Below are positions 9,942 through 20,726 of a stretch of DNA of 64,000 nucleotides, piece by piece. The first letter of the stretch is position 1; every line of letters starts with the position of its first letter. The notes beneath the pieces are model-generated. The model did no database searches and was not told the DNA's origin. It saw nothing but the letters and a program-made list of their open reading frames with translations. Position numbers and translations under genes: made by a program. The stretch lies in contig CAWBOC010000007.1 of NCBI GenBank assembly GCA_963790305.1, positions 160,001 through 224,000 of the forward strand, written 5' to 3'. This DNA comes from an uncultured Gemmatimonadaceae bacterium. GTDB lineage: Bacteria; Gemmatimonadota; Gemmatimonadetes; Gemmatimonadales; Gemmatimonadaceae.

Positions 9942-10672
9942 TCATCCAAACCTGTCCCTGAGCCGCGCCCCGAAACGACGGCTCATGGTCAGCGGCTCCG
10001 ACAGGCCGCGTAGGTACACGTGCTGGCTGGCGTGCGACCACGGCTCCAGTCGCTCGACGTACTCGAGGTTCACGATGGTGGAGCGGTGGATGCGCACGAA
10101 CTGCCGGTCGGGGAGGCGCTGCTCCCATTCCCGGAGCGACTTCGCCGACGGCTTGCGCGTTAGGTGCGGCGCCAGGAGCAGCTTGGAACCGTCGCCCTCC
10201 GCCTCGATCGCCGCGATGTCGCGCACCCGGACGAAGACACGCTCGTGGCCGAGGCGCAGGAGCAGGCGGTCGTCGTAGGTGAGCGACTCGAGGCGGGGCG
10301 CTGGCGGCTGCGCGGCCGCGAGTCGGCTCACCGTCACGGCGAGCCGCTCCGGCGCCACCGGCTTGAGCAGGTAATCGAGAGCGTTCACCTCGAAGGCGCG
10401 GAGGGTGTACTCGTCGTACGCGGTCACGAACACGACGTCCACATCCGCGCCCAGCAGCGGCAGCAGGTCCATCCCCGTCTCACCGGCGAGCTGGATGTCG
10501 AGGAACACCACGTCGGCATCCGTGGCGTGGACGAGCTCCGCTGCGCGGGCCACCGAGGCGGCCTCGCCCACGATGTGCACCTGCTCGGCGTGCGTCTCCT
10601 CGAGCAGCGTCCGCAGCTCGCGCCGGGCGAGCCGCTCATCGTCCACAAGGATAGCGTGACGCCGGCGTTGGC

Positions 10673-10676
<4 letters not shown>
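9942..10676 (-). CDS. LytTR-family response regulator
   Basis: Receiver LVDDE/FLDIQ/FVTAY/YLLKP; LytTR FVRIHRSTIVN. Confidence 0.92.
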
Positions 10677-11857
<1,181 letters not shown>

Positions 11858-11858
11858 C

Positions 11859-14567
11859 TTAGCCCGCCGACGAGGACGCCGGCCGCCTCGCCAACAGGGC
11901 CTGGAACCGCGGATCCCCCCGGAGCGGCGCCCAGGTCGGATCCACTCGCAGGTAAGCGGGCGTGTAGATCGACGGTGTCGCCAGCAGCTCGCCGAGCCAC
12001 GCCAGCGCCGCGTCGCGCTCGCCGGCCACGACCGCGGCCTCGGCCGCGAAGAACAGGATGTCCGGGAGGTTCCGTGAGACGCCGCCGCCGGCGAGCCGCC
12101 GCTCCGTCGCGATCGCGCGCCGCGCCAGGTCCAGGGCGGCCTTTCCGCGGCCGCGGAAGGCCTCGGCCGAGGCGAGGCCGCTCATCAGACGCGTGTCGTC
12201 CGGCACGTCCCGCAGCTCGAGTCGCCTCAGCCGCTGCGCAGAGTCCGCCCATTGGCGCATGCGCGCCGAGTCGCCCTCGAGGTAGTAGTGCCTTGCGCGC
12301 ACGAGCGCCATCCCGCTCGCACCGTCCGGGAACGCCTCGGGTCCGAGCGCCAGCAGCCGACGTAGGTCGGCGGCGGCGAGCACCCAGCTGACCGCGTTGC
12401 TCCCGAGGTCTCCCAGCACCTGGTCGGCCGGCAGGTCGCGCATCGCCTGCTCGGCGACGCGCCGGGCGGCCGCGGTGTCGCCCGCGGCGAGCTCGAAGCC
12501 GACGCGCGGGGCGGCCGCGCGGACGGCCGGCGACATGGTCCATGCCTGGCTCGCCAGCTCTCTCGCCTCCGAGATCCGGCCGAGCGCGCCGAGCACGTCG
12601 GCCAGCGCGCGCGACGGGAGCCGGGGGTCGAGCCGCCTCGCCTTGTCGAAGTACGGCAGCGCCTCCTCCAGGCGCCCGACATCGAACAGCGCAACGGCGA
12701 AGCTGGCGTTGGTCAACGCGTCGTTCGGGTTCGCGACCACCGCCCGCCGCAGCTCGCCGAGCGCTCGCACCTTGTCGCGCTCCACGAGGCGCAGGTACAG
12801 ACCGTTGGCCTCGGCGCCGGTCCCCCCAGCGGGATCGAGCGCGAGGGTCCGCAGCGCCGCCGTGCGCGCTCGCTCCGCCAGCACCCGCGTCGGGACACCG
12901 TTCGCGTACGCGAGCACAAGCGCGCTCGCGAGCCCGCCCCACGCTTCCACCATCGTGCTGTCGCGCGCGACGGCGGCCTCGTAGAGCGGGACGGCCGCAA
13001 GGTTGGAGGCGGCGTCGCTTCGCGCGCCCCAGTCCACCCGCGCCTGAGCCTTCAGGTACAGGTCATAGGCCGCCGGGTCGCGCACCGTGACCTCCGTCGC
13101 GCGCGACCGACTCTCCGCCGACGCCGGCAGCTCCATGGCGGAGACGACCCGACCTGCGATCTCTGACTGCATTCCGACGACGTCTCGGAACTCCGCCTCG
13201 AAGGGGGCCTGCCAGCGGCTCTGCGCGCGTCCATCGGCCCTCACCTCCACCAGCTCCGGGCGGACCACGACGCGCCGCTCGATGCCGCTCCCCAGCACGC
13301 GCACAGTGCCGGTGAGCAGATAGCGGACGCCCAGCTCCTCCGCGATCTCGGCCGGCGAGCTGCCGCCCCCCGCGTACCGGTTCGAGCTCGCGCGCGCGAT
13401 TACCATCAGCTCGCGCACGCGTGTGAGCCGGCCCCGGATTTCGTCGGTGATCCCGTCCGTCACGTACGCGTCGGCGCTGTCGCCCTGGTGCTCGAACGGA
13501 AGCACGGCGAGCCCGGGCGTCGCGTCCGCAGCGGGGGCGGGTGCACGGTTGGCGAGGTAGCCACCGAGCCCTACCAGCCCGGCGAGCATGGCGACTGCCG
13601 CGCCCGCGAGCCGCCGGCGCGGCGCCGCGCGCCCGCCCGACGGAATGGCATCGAGCGCCGCGAGCACCGCCGACGCATCTGCGGGACGCTCCGACGGGTC
13701 CTTGGCAAGGCACGCCATCACGAGCGCGCCGAGGCCCGGCGGGAGCCCAGGCTTCCGCTCGTCCAGCGGCGCCGGCGTCTCCGCCACCTGGGCTGCGACG
13801 AGCTGGCGCTGGGTCTTCTTCTCGCCGAACGGATGCGCGCCGGCGAGCAGCTCGTACGCCACCATCCCCCAGGCGTACAGGTCGGCGCGGTGGTTAGTGT
13901 GGTCGCCGACTGCCTGCTCCGGAGCCATGTACGCGGGGGTGCCGAGCGACGTGCCGACCAACGTGAGCGCCGCCGTGCCCGCGTCGGCGCGGGCGACGCT
14001 CATAGCCTTGGCGATCCCGAAATCGGCGACCACGGCGATGCGCCCGGCGAGGAGCACATTCTCCGGCTTGATGTCGCGGTGAACGACTCCGTGTGCGTGT
14101 GCGTACTCGAGCGCCTCCGCTACGTCGCGCAGAACGCGCAGCGCCTCGTCCAGAGGGAGCCGGGCCCGCTCCATCCGAGCCCGCAACGACTCCCCCGTGA
14201 CGAACGGCATGGTGTAGTACGGGAGCCCGTCGTCCGTCTGCGCCGCAGTGAGCACGGGGACGATGTGCGGGTGCTGCAGCGCGGCGGCCAGGCGGATCTC
14301 GCGCGTGAAGCGCTCGGCGCTCATCCCCTCGGCGGTCTCCGGGGAGAGCACCTTCACCACGACCTGGCGGCCGAGTGCCGGGTCGGTGGCGACGAACACG
14401 CGCGCCATGCCGCCGCCGCCTAGCTCGCGCTCGAGCGTGTAGGCGGCGCCCAGCGAGGACTGGAGCCGGTCGCGGAGCTGGTCGGGCACGGGATCCTGGC
14501 GCGAGGTGACGAGCCGCGAATAATTAGGCTTCGCACTACAATCCGCAAACGAATGGCCCCGCGTCAC
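11859..14567 (-). CDS. Hanks-type Ser/Thr kinase with TM, TolB-N-like and TPR regions
   Basis: LGGGGM, HRDIKPENV, DFG, GTPAYMAPE; LAVLPF...DGITDEI; helical repeats; true start may be a GTG slightly downstream. Confidence 0.9.
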   Translation of the reverse strand: MTRGHSFADCSAKPNYSRLVTSRQDPVPDQLRDRLQSSLGAAYTLERELGGGGMARVFVATDPALGRQVVVKVLSPETAEGMSAERFTREIRLAAALQHPHIVPVLTAAQTDDGLPYYTMPFVTGESLRARMERARLPLDEALRVLRDVAEALEYAHAHGVVHRDIKPENVLLAGRIAVVADFGIAKAMSVARADAGTAALTLVGTSLGTPAYMAPEQAVGDHTNHRADLYAWGMVAYELLAGAHPFGEKKTQRQLVAAQVAETPAPLDERKPGLPPGLGALVMACLAKDPSERPADASAVLAALDAIPSGGRAAPRRRLAGAAVAMLAGLVGLGGYLANRAPAPAADATPGLAVLPFEHQGDSADAYVTDGITDEIRGRLTRVRELMVIARASSNRYAGGGSSPAEIAEELGVRYLLTGTVRVLGSGIERRVVVRPELVEVRADGRAQSRWQAPFEAEFRDVVGMQSEIAGRVVSAMELPASAESRSRATEVTVRDPAAYDLYLKAQARVDWGARSDAASNLAAVPLYEAAVARDSTMVEAWGGLASALVLAYANGVPTRVLAERARTAALRTLALDPAGGTGAEANGLYLRLVERDKVRALGELRRAVVANPNDALTNASFAVALFDVGRLEEALPYFDKARRLDPRLPSRALADVLGALGRISEARELASQAWTMSPAVRAAAPRVGFELAAGDTAAARRVAEQAMRDLPADQVLGDLGSNAVSWVLAAADLRRLLALGPEAFPDGASGMALVRARHYYLEGDSARMRQWADSAQRLRRLELRDVPDDTRLMSGLASAEAFRGRGKAALDLARRAIATERRLAGGGVSRNLPDILFFAAEAAVVAGERDAALAWLGELLATPSIYTPAYLRVDPTWAPLRGDPRFQALLARRPASSSAG

Positions 14568-14597
14568 CGAAGTAACGCGGGGCCAAGCGCTTGAAAG

Positions 14598-14670
14598 TTG
14601 CCCCTCCTGGGCTCGAACCAGGACTCTCCTGATCCAGAGTCAGGCGTGTTGCCAGTTACACCAAGGGGCA
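14598..14670 (-). tRNA. tRNA-Gln (CTG)
   Basis: TGCCCCTTGGTGTAACTGGCAACACGCCTGACTCTGGATCAGGAGAGTCCTGGTTCGAGCCCAGGAGGGGCAA cloverleaf; CCA not encoded. Confidence 0.95.
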
Positions 14671-14693
14671 GAAGCAGTTTTGTGCGGACCCTA

Positions 14694-14722
14694 AACGTAT
14701 CCGCGGCAACCCCTTCGATCAA
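14694..14722 (-). promoter_or_regulatory. Putative sigma70 promoter of tRNA-Gln
   Basis: TTGATC-N17-TACGTT just upstream of the tRNA. Confidence 0.5.
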
Positions 14723-14767
14723 CCCCGCCCGCCTTTCGCACCCCCGGTCCGCCGGAGACATTGCGGG

Positions 14768-16077
14768 GTGTTTTCGAGTCGCCCTGCGGCGTTGTCGCTG
14801 CTTCTTCTGCCCTTCGCGGTCGCGTGTCGTGAGGCTGTTCCTGCCCTGGGAACTACCCCAGATCGCGCGACTCGCCACGCCTCGATCATGCTCAACGCGC
14901 TCGCCGATCGCTTTGGTGTCGTCGAGCTCTCACCCGAAATCGCGACGACGCGCCCGCGGCTCGCCCGGTACAGCACCACTCCGTCGCGACTCGTCGACGA
15001 CACGGAGTCTATGGACGAGTCGTGGCGAGGATGATCGCACGATCGAGATCGCCGGTGCGCGACGCGCCGGGCGTTACACCCTCTTTCATCATCCAGGCGC
15101 GCCCCCGCCTCGCGATCCAGGGGAGGCGCGACATGTCATGCGTCTCCAGATCCTCGGCGACGACGAGTTCCGGTGGACGTCCGTCGACGAGGTCGCACTC
15201 GGAGCGATCACCATCGCCGACCTCGACCGCGCACTGACCGCCGATTCTTCTCGTCGCCGAGCAAGGTGATCCAGCAGCCGCGCGCGTCGCGACACGCATC
15301 GCTTTTCCACGAGCATCGGCGTCGTTGTCGCGCATGTTCGTCATCGATTCCGTTCGCGCGTCGCGCAGCGCCGATGGTGCGACATCGGTGGTTCTCGGTC
15401 TCGGGCTGAGGCCAGGTCAGGCGGAGCGGCACTTCCAGTCGCTGGGTCCCTACGCGCGCAAGTATTGGGTGCCGATTCGTTGGCGCATGAGTGTCGAGGA
15501 CTCACTCGGAACACGCTGGGGTGAGTTCACCAAGCGCGATTCCTCGATCGTTCTCCGGTTTCGAGTGCACGAGGGATCGCTGGCACCCTTTGGCGCGCCG
15601 CCGCGTCGCGTCGGGGCGCACCTGCGCCTAACTGCTGACGCGTCGGTGAAGGTGGGACCGTTCCGCGTGGGCGTACGCAATCTGGACGGGCGTGTGCTGC
15701 GGTTGGCCGACCGCGATCACCTCGCGATGGCTCTTCGCTTTTCCACCGAACCGGAATGGCAGCTGCCGCCACTAGTCGCACGACTGCTGCGCTCCCCGCT
15801 CCGCCGTCCCTTCGAGGGCGGGGGCGCCCTCATGCGCTATGGCGTGCGCACCGACGCGCAGCCGGACGATACGGTATCGACGGTATGGCGCGACATCAAT
15901 GTCACCGTGCGCGAAAGCGGAATCCTCCGCTTTTTCGGTCGCCTCGGCGGTACCGCACTCGGCGATTTTCGACAAGGCGCCGAGAAGGAGGCGGAGCAGT
16001 TGTGGGAGGAGTCGCTGCGAGGCCTGGCGGCCGACGTGGCCGGTCGCGAATGCGGAATTCGGAATGCGGAATGTTGA
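14768..16077 (+). pseudogene. Hypothetical lipoprotein broken by two apparent +1 indels (about 15008 and 15241)
   Basis: FAVAC lipobox in 14768-15034; protein-like frame continues SLWTSRGEDD...LDRALT, then AILLVAEQG into ORF 15325-16077. Confidence 0.6.
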
Positions 16078-16113
16078 TTCAAACACTTCCGGATTCCGCA
16101 TTCCGCCTTCGAC
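16043..16113. repeat. Heptamer periodic palindrome (GGAATGC)n-loop-(GCATTCC)n
   Basis: Read directly; left arm overlaps the last codons (ECGIRNAEC*) of the upstream gene. Confidence 0.92.
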
Positions 16114-16123
16114 ATGAGACCCG

Positions 16124-16157
16124 AAAAAGAAAACGCCGCGGATGTTGATCCGCGGCG
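16124..16157 (-). terminator. Intrinsic terminator, minus strand
   Basis: CGCCGCGGAT-CAAC-ATCCGCGGCG followed by TTTTCTTTTT. Confidence 0.85.
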
Positions 16158-16159
16158 AT

Positions 16160-16350
16160 TGCCTCATTCGATCGAGCGAGGGGTATGCCTCGCGCGCCGT
16201 CATTGGAACTCTGCGTCCTACCGAGCGGCGGCGGGCAACCCATTCAAAGTGGGTTGACCGAATCTCTTCATTGGAACTCTACGTCCTACCGAAAGAGACC
16301 GGCAACCGAGTCGAGTGTCGGCGCAACCACTAATTCAGGTTGCATGCCAG
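16160..16350 (-). ncRNA. Candidate structured ncRNA between tRNA-Ala and the terminator
   Basis: Two 25-nt near-identical motifs (16200-16224, 16268-16292), each closed by a different basal stem, plus additional hairpins. Confidence 0.4.
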
Positions 16351-16354
16351 AAAA

Positions 16355-16427
16355 TGGAGCTGAGGGGGCTCGAACCCCTGACCTCCTGGGTGCGATCCAG
16401 GCGCTCTCCCAGCTGAGCTACAGCCCC
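16355..16427 (-). tRNA. tRNA-Ala (CGC)
   Basis: GGGGCTGTAGCTCAGCTGGGAGAGCGCCTGGATCGCACCCAGGAGGTCAGGGGTTCGAGCCCCCTCAGCTCCA; G3:U70 pair. Confidence 0.95.
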
Positions 16428-16516
16428 GCGCACGCGGGTACGGGAGAACCCACTAGATCCCTCGCACCCGGATCACCTGAAGACAACAGCCCCGCTACGT
16501 TCGCGGGGCCGCGTTC

Positions 16517-16555
16517 AAGCTGTTGGATGATAACAGCTTTCGCGGGTCGCGTCAA
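16517..16555 (-). promoter_or_regulatory. sigma70 promoter of tRNA-Ala with an overlapping 8-7-8 palindrome
   Basis: TTGACG(16555-16550)-N17-TATCAT(16532-16527); AAGCTGTT-N7-AACAGCTT at 16517-16539. Confidence 0.7.
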
Positions 16556-16888
16556 GCGAATGCCCTGCCTTCTCGATGGTCCGGGCCATCACCCATCACG
16601 CGTGATTGTACCAGCGATTCACGCGCGCTGTTCCGACGATTTTCAATACCTGCAAAGAAGAGCGATGGGGGGCGATCCCACGACTTTCGTCGTTTCCCAA
16701 ACTGCCCACACTCCCCCCGGAGTTGTCCCCCCACCGCTTCACCTGCCGCGCGCATGCAACGCGCGCGTGGGCGGAAAAGGCCCTGCTACGCACTAGACCG
16801 ATCAGCACCGTGTGGGGCAACATCTGGCGCGATCCAGATCACGATTCGGTGCTTGCGCGCACCGAACGGCGACCGTAGCGTCCGCGTC

Positions 16889-17851
16889 GTGTTCGCCGAC
16901 GTGACCGCCGACGATGTGCGACGCGCAGCGGAGCGCCTTCGCGACGTGGTTCGGCGAACCGAGCTCCGTCGCGCCCTCCGCCTGTCCGATCGCGTTCAGC
17001 GCGAGGTGTGGCTCAAGCTCGAGAACGCGCAGCTCACCGGCTCCTTCAAGATGCGCGGCGCATACAACGCCATCGCCTCGCTTCCACAATCCGAGAGAGG
17101 ACGCGGTGTGGTCACCGCGAGCGCGGGTAACCACGGCCGCGGCGTTGCGCTCGCCGCGCAACGATTCGGCATTCGCGCGTTGATCTTCGTGCCGCGAACG
17201 GCGCCGCGCGTGAAGATCGAAGGGATGCGAGAGTGCGGCGCGTCGATCGACGCGGACTCCGCGCATTACGATGAAGCGCACGCGCGCTCGGTGGCGTTCG
17301 CGAATGAGCACCACGCCGTCTACCTCGATCCATGCGTCGGCACCCCGCTCGTTGCCGGCCACGGTACGGTCGCTCTCGAGATCATCGATCAGCTGCCGAA
17401 CGTCGGCTCGGTCATCCTCCCAGTGGGCGGCGGTGGCCTGCTCGGGGGAATGGGCGCATTTCTCCGGGCGACGAAGCCCGAGGTGCGCATCGTCGGTGCG
17501 CAGAGCGTGAACACGAGCGCGATGGCGCGCTCGCTCGAAGCAGGACATCTCGTCGATGTCCCGGTGATGCCAACCCTCGCCGATGGCCTCGCGGGCGCGA
17601 TCGATGCGCACGGGCTCGACGTCGGCCGACACGCACTCGATAGAATGGTGGTGGTCGAGGAAGCAGACGTTGCCCGCGCGATCGCCTTTCTCGCCCGGGA
17701 AGAGGACGTCACGGCCGAGGGGTCCGGAGCGGTTGGAGTGGCTGCGCTACTTGCGGGGTTGGCGGACGACGTGGTCGATCCCGTCGTCGTGGTAATCAGC
17801 GGCGGGAACATCGACTCGGACGTCTTCGAGCGTGTCAAAGGGCAGCGGTAG
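16889..17851 (+). CDS. PLP-dependent threonine/serine dehydratase
   Basis: LKLENAQLTGSFKMRGA, SAGNHG, PVGGGGL, SGGN; GTG start uncertain. Confidence 0.88.
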   Translation: MFADVTADDVRRAAERLRDVVRRTELRRALRLSDRVQREVWLKLENAQLTGSFKMRGAYNAIASLPQSERGRGVVTASAGNHGRGVALAAQRFGIRALIFVPRTAPRVKIEGMRECGASIDADSAHYDEAHARSVAFANEHHAVYLDPCVGTPLVAGHGTVALEIIDQLPNVGSVILPVGGGGLLGGMGAFLRATKPEVRIVGAQSVNTSAMARSLEAGHLVDVPVMPTLADGLAGAIDAHGLDVGRHALDRMVVVEEADVARAIAFLAREEDVTAEGSGAVGVAALLAGLADDVVDPVVVVISGGNIDSDVFERVKGQR

Positions 17852-17930
17852 CCGAGGTCGTCAAGGTCGTCGAGGAGATCAAGGTGACTTCGCCTCGATC
17901 ACCTGGACCACTTCGACGACCTCGACTACC
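17847..17930. repeat. 9-bp periodic palindrome, copy 1
   Basis: GGTAGCCGA GGTCGTCAA GGTCGTCGA GGAGATCAA ... CCTCGATCA CCTGGACCA CTTCGACGA CCTCGACTACC; contains the upstream TAG. Confidence 0.92.
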
Positions 17931-17946
17931 CCTGCATATTCCCTCC

Positions 17947-18912
17947 ATGTCCCTGAGCCTCCGTTTCCTCGGTACCTCCGCCGCTCGCCCCACCGTCGAG
18001 CGGAACGTCAGCTCGCTCGCGCTCATTCGCGAGGGAGAGACGATGCTGTTCGACTGCGGCGAGGGAACGCAGCGGCAGATGATGCGCTACGGCATCTCGT
18101 TCGTGCTGGAGGACATTTTTTTCACCCACCTGCACGCCGATCACGTCATCGGCGTCATTGGCCTCATGCGGACGATGGCCTTGCAGGGACGCACGGAAGC
18201 GCTTCGGCTGTGGGGACCCCGCGGATCGAGCCGCCATTTGCGCCGCGCTTCGGAGTTCGGCGTCGAGCGCGTGGGCTTCCGCGTCGACGTGATGGAGGTG
18301 CAGGCCGAAGAGACCATCAAGCGAAACGGATACGTGATCGAGCCGTTCGCCGCCGAGCACGGCGGGGGACCGTCGTTAGGTTTCGCGCTGGTGGAGGAGG
18401 AGCGTCGCGGACGGTTCAATCCCGATCTCGCTCGCGAGCTCGGCGTTCCCGAGGGCCCGATGTGGGGCAAGCTGCATTGCGGGGAAGCGGTGACGCTCGC
18501 CGACGGGCGCATCGTGGATCCCGTAGTCCTCGTCGGTCCGCGGCGGTCGGGGCGGAAGGTCGTGATCTCGGGCGATACCCGTCCCGCGCAGACCGTGATC
18601 GACGCGTCGCGGGGGGCCGACGTGCTGGTGCACGAAGCCACGTTCGCCGATGAGGAGGCCGATCGCGCCCGGGAGACCGGCCATTCGACGGCGCGCGAGG
18701 CCGCGACCGTGGCGGCGCGGGCAGGGGTTCGCCAGCTCGTGCTAACCCACTTTTCCGCCCGCTACTCGCGCGACGCCTCGGATCTGCTGAAGGAGGCCCG
18801 CGAGGAATTCGCCTTTACAACTCTGGCTCGCGACGGGATGGAAGTCGAAGTCCCGTATGAGGATGAAGGAGCTGCCGGGGTGATCGACCAAGAGGATGTC
18901 GAGAGGGGGTGA
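17947..18912 (+). CDS. rnz: Ribonuclease Z
   Basis: FLGTSAARP, DCGEGTQ, THLHADH, GP-rich exosite, SGDT, HEATF, HSTA, HFSARY. Confidence 0.93.
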   Translation: MSLSLRFLGTSAARPTVERNVSSLALIREGETMLFDCGEGTQRQMMRYGISFVLEDIFFTHLHADHVIGVIGLMRTMALQGRTEALRLWGPRGSSRHLRRASEFGVERVGFRVDVMEVQAEETIKRNGYVIEPFAAEHGGGPSLGFALVEEERRGRFNPDLARELGVPEGPMWGKLHCGEAVTLADGRIVDPVVLVGPRRSGRKVVISGDTRPAQTVIDASRGADVLVHEATFADEEADRARETGHSTAREAATVAARAGVRQLVLTHFSARYSRDASDLLKEAREEFAFTTLARDGMEVEVPYEDEGAAGVIDQEDVERG

Positions 18913-18956
18913 CAAATGTTTCCATCGCCACTATGATTGGGGGCGACAAACATTTG
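18909..18956 (+). promoter_or_regulatory. Putative sigma70 promoter of S8 protease 1 with a flanking inverted repeat
   Basis: GTGACA-N17-TATGAT; CAAATGTTT (18913-18921) ... AAACATTTG (18948-18956). Confidence 0.5.
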
Positions 18957-19051
18957 GTCTGAGACAGCCGTGAATCCGGGGCACCTTCCCGGTTCACGGC
19001 TTCGTATTGCCACCCCGGCTGTAGCACCCCACGCCCCCTCGGAGGACGTCC

Positions 19052-20581
19052 TTGATGCGCCGTTTCCTGCTCCTTTCAACCAGTTTTCTGGCTGTTGCGG
19101 GTTGTAGCGATTCTCTGCCTCTGGAGTCCGCAGCGCCCGCCCTCAACGTCGCATCCGCTCCCGCTTCATCCCGCTACGCCGTCCTTCTCAAGGGTGGCTC
19201 CGCCGCCGACTTCGCCCAACAGATCGCCGCGCTCGGTGGCACCGTCGAGCTCCTGCACGAGCGTGCTGGGGTCGCCGTTGTCGCCGGCCTTTCCGACGCC
19301 GCCGCTCTCTCGCTCGAGGGCAGTTCCAGCGTAGACCTCGTCATCGAGGACTTCGAGTATCAGGGCGCGTCGAACGTGATCGAGCCGATGGTCGAGATGG
19401 CGGCTGGCACCTCGGTCCTTGGCGACGCCCAGAGTCAGACCAATCCAGCCACGGCCGCGTTCTACGCCCGTCAGTGGCACCATTGAGTGATTGGCGCCAA
19501 CGTCGCCTGGGCGAACGGTCGCCTCGGTTCCCCGAGCGTGGACGTCTTCATTCTCGACAGCGGCATCGACGAGACCTACATCGACCTCGCTGGCCTGGTC
19601 GATATGTCCCGTGCGGTTTCCTACGTTCCGTCGGACAACGCCCTGATCACCCGGTTCTTCCCGGGCCGCGTGCCGACGAGCGACCTGAACGGCCACGGCT
19701 CGCACGTCGCTTCGACCGTGAGCAGCCGCGCGCTGGCCAACGCCGGGGTTACGTCGCGCGTGACGCTCGTTCCCGTGAAGGTCCTCGGAGCCACTGGATC
19801 CGGCTCCTTCACCGGCATCCTCAATGGAATTCTGTACGCGGCCGACGAGCAGGCCAATGTCATCAACGCCAGCGTTGGTGCTCTATTCCCTCGCCGGGGT
19901 AACAAGGACTTCACCAAGCTCCTCGATCAAGTCACGCGGTACGCCCGCAATGCCGGCGTCACGATGGTGATCGCCGCAGGCAACGACGCCGCTCCAATCC
20001 ACCCGAGCATGAACGCGCTGTACGGCGCCTTCTGCTCGACCAAGAACGTCATCTGCGTGTCCGCGACGGGCCCGAACGCGGGTCCGCTCAATGGCCCCTT
20101 CACAGGCATCGATCGGCCGGCGATCTACACGAACTACGGGCAGCAGCATGTCGATGTCGCCGCCCCCGGCGGCAACTGGGCGGAGAACGCCGCGGGCCAG
20201 ATCGTCTCGGCGATCGGCGTGTGGGCGGCGTGCTCGAAGACGACGTTGGTGTTCGACAAGACGCTGACCCCGCCAGGAGAAGCGGTGAAGGATCCACCGG
20301 CGGGGGATTGGAAGCTGCACCAGTGCGCCGCGCAGCCGCAATTCACTTTCACGCTCGGGAACCTGGGCACGAGCATGGCGTCGCCGCACGTAGCCGGCCT
20401 GGCCGCGCTACTCGTCGAGCAGTACGGCCGGAATCCAGGTGCCATCGAGGCCGCCATTCAGAACAGCGCCGATGATATCCTCCAATATCGCGCGGATGGC
20501 ACGCTCGAGTTCGGCAAGCCCGGCAAGGATGATTACTACGGGCACGGTCGGATCAACGTCGCTCGCGCGCTCGGCTTGTAA
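19052..20581 (+). pseudogene. S8 subtilase lipoprotein 1, interrupted by an in-frame TGA at 19484-19486
   Basis: Both ORF parts are in one frame; WHH*VIGAN aligns with WHHRAIGAN of the paralog; triad ILDSG / HGSHVAS / GTSMASPH intact. Confidence 0.85.
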
Positions 20582-20726
20582 GGCAGGCGCAGTTCGATCG
20601 GTCATTTCGTCGGGGTGCGCAGTGATGCGCACCCCGACGCGCGTCTGTGGCACACGCGCCACTCTTGCGAGTAAACGCCCGACGCCGCACTGTTGGCGCC
20701 TCTCTCCTGCCCCGAGGATTGTGCCC

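Noticed and set aside
16200..16292. Mini CRISPR array (25-bp repeat, 43-bp spacer)
   Set aside because: Only two repeats, no cas genes, and each repeat is embedded in its own stem; better explained as a structured RNA.
14598..16427. tRNA-anchored prophage or integrative element
   Set aside because: No integrase, phage genes or duplicated tRNA 3' end seen in the window.
19484..19486. Selenocysteine or recoded TGA
   Set aside because: The codon aligns with Arg rather than Cys, and TGA is used as a normal stop throughout the window.
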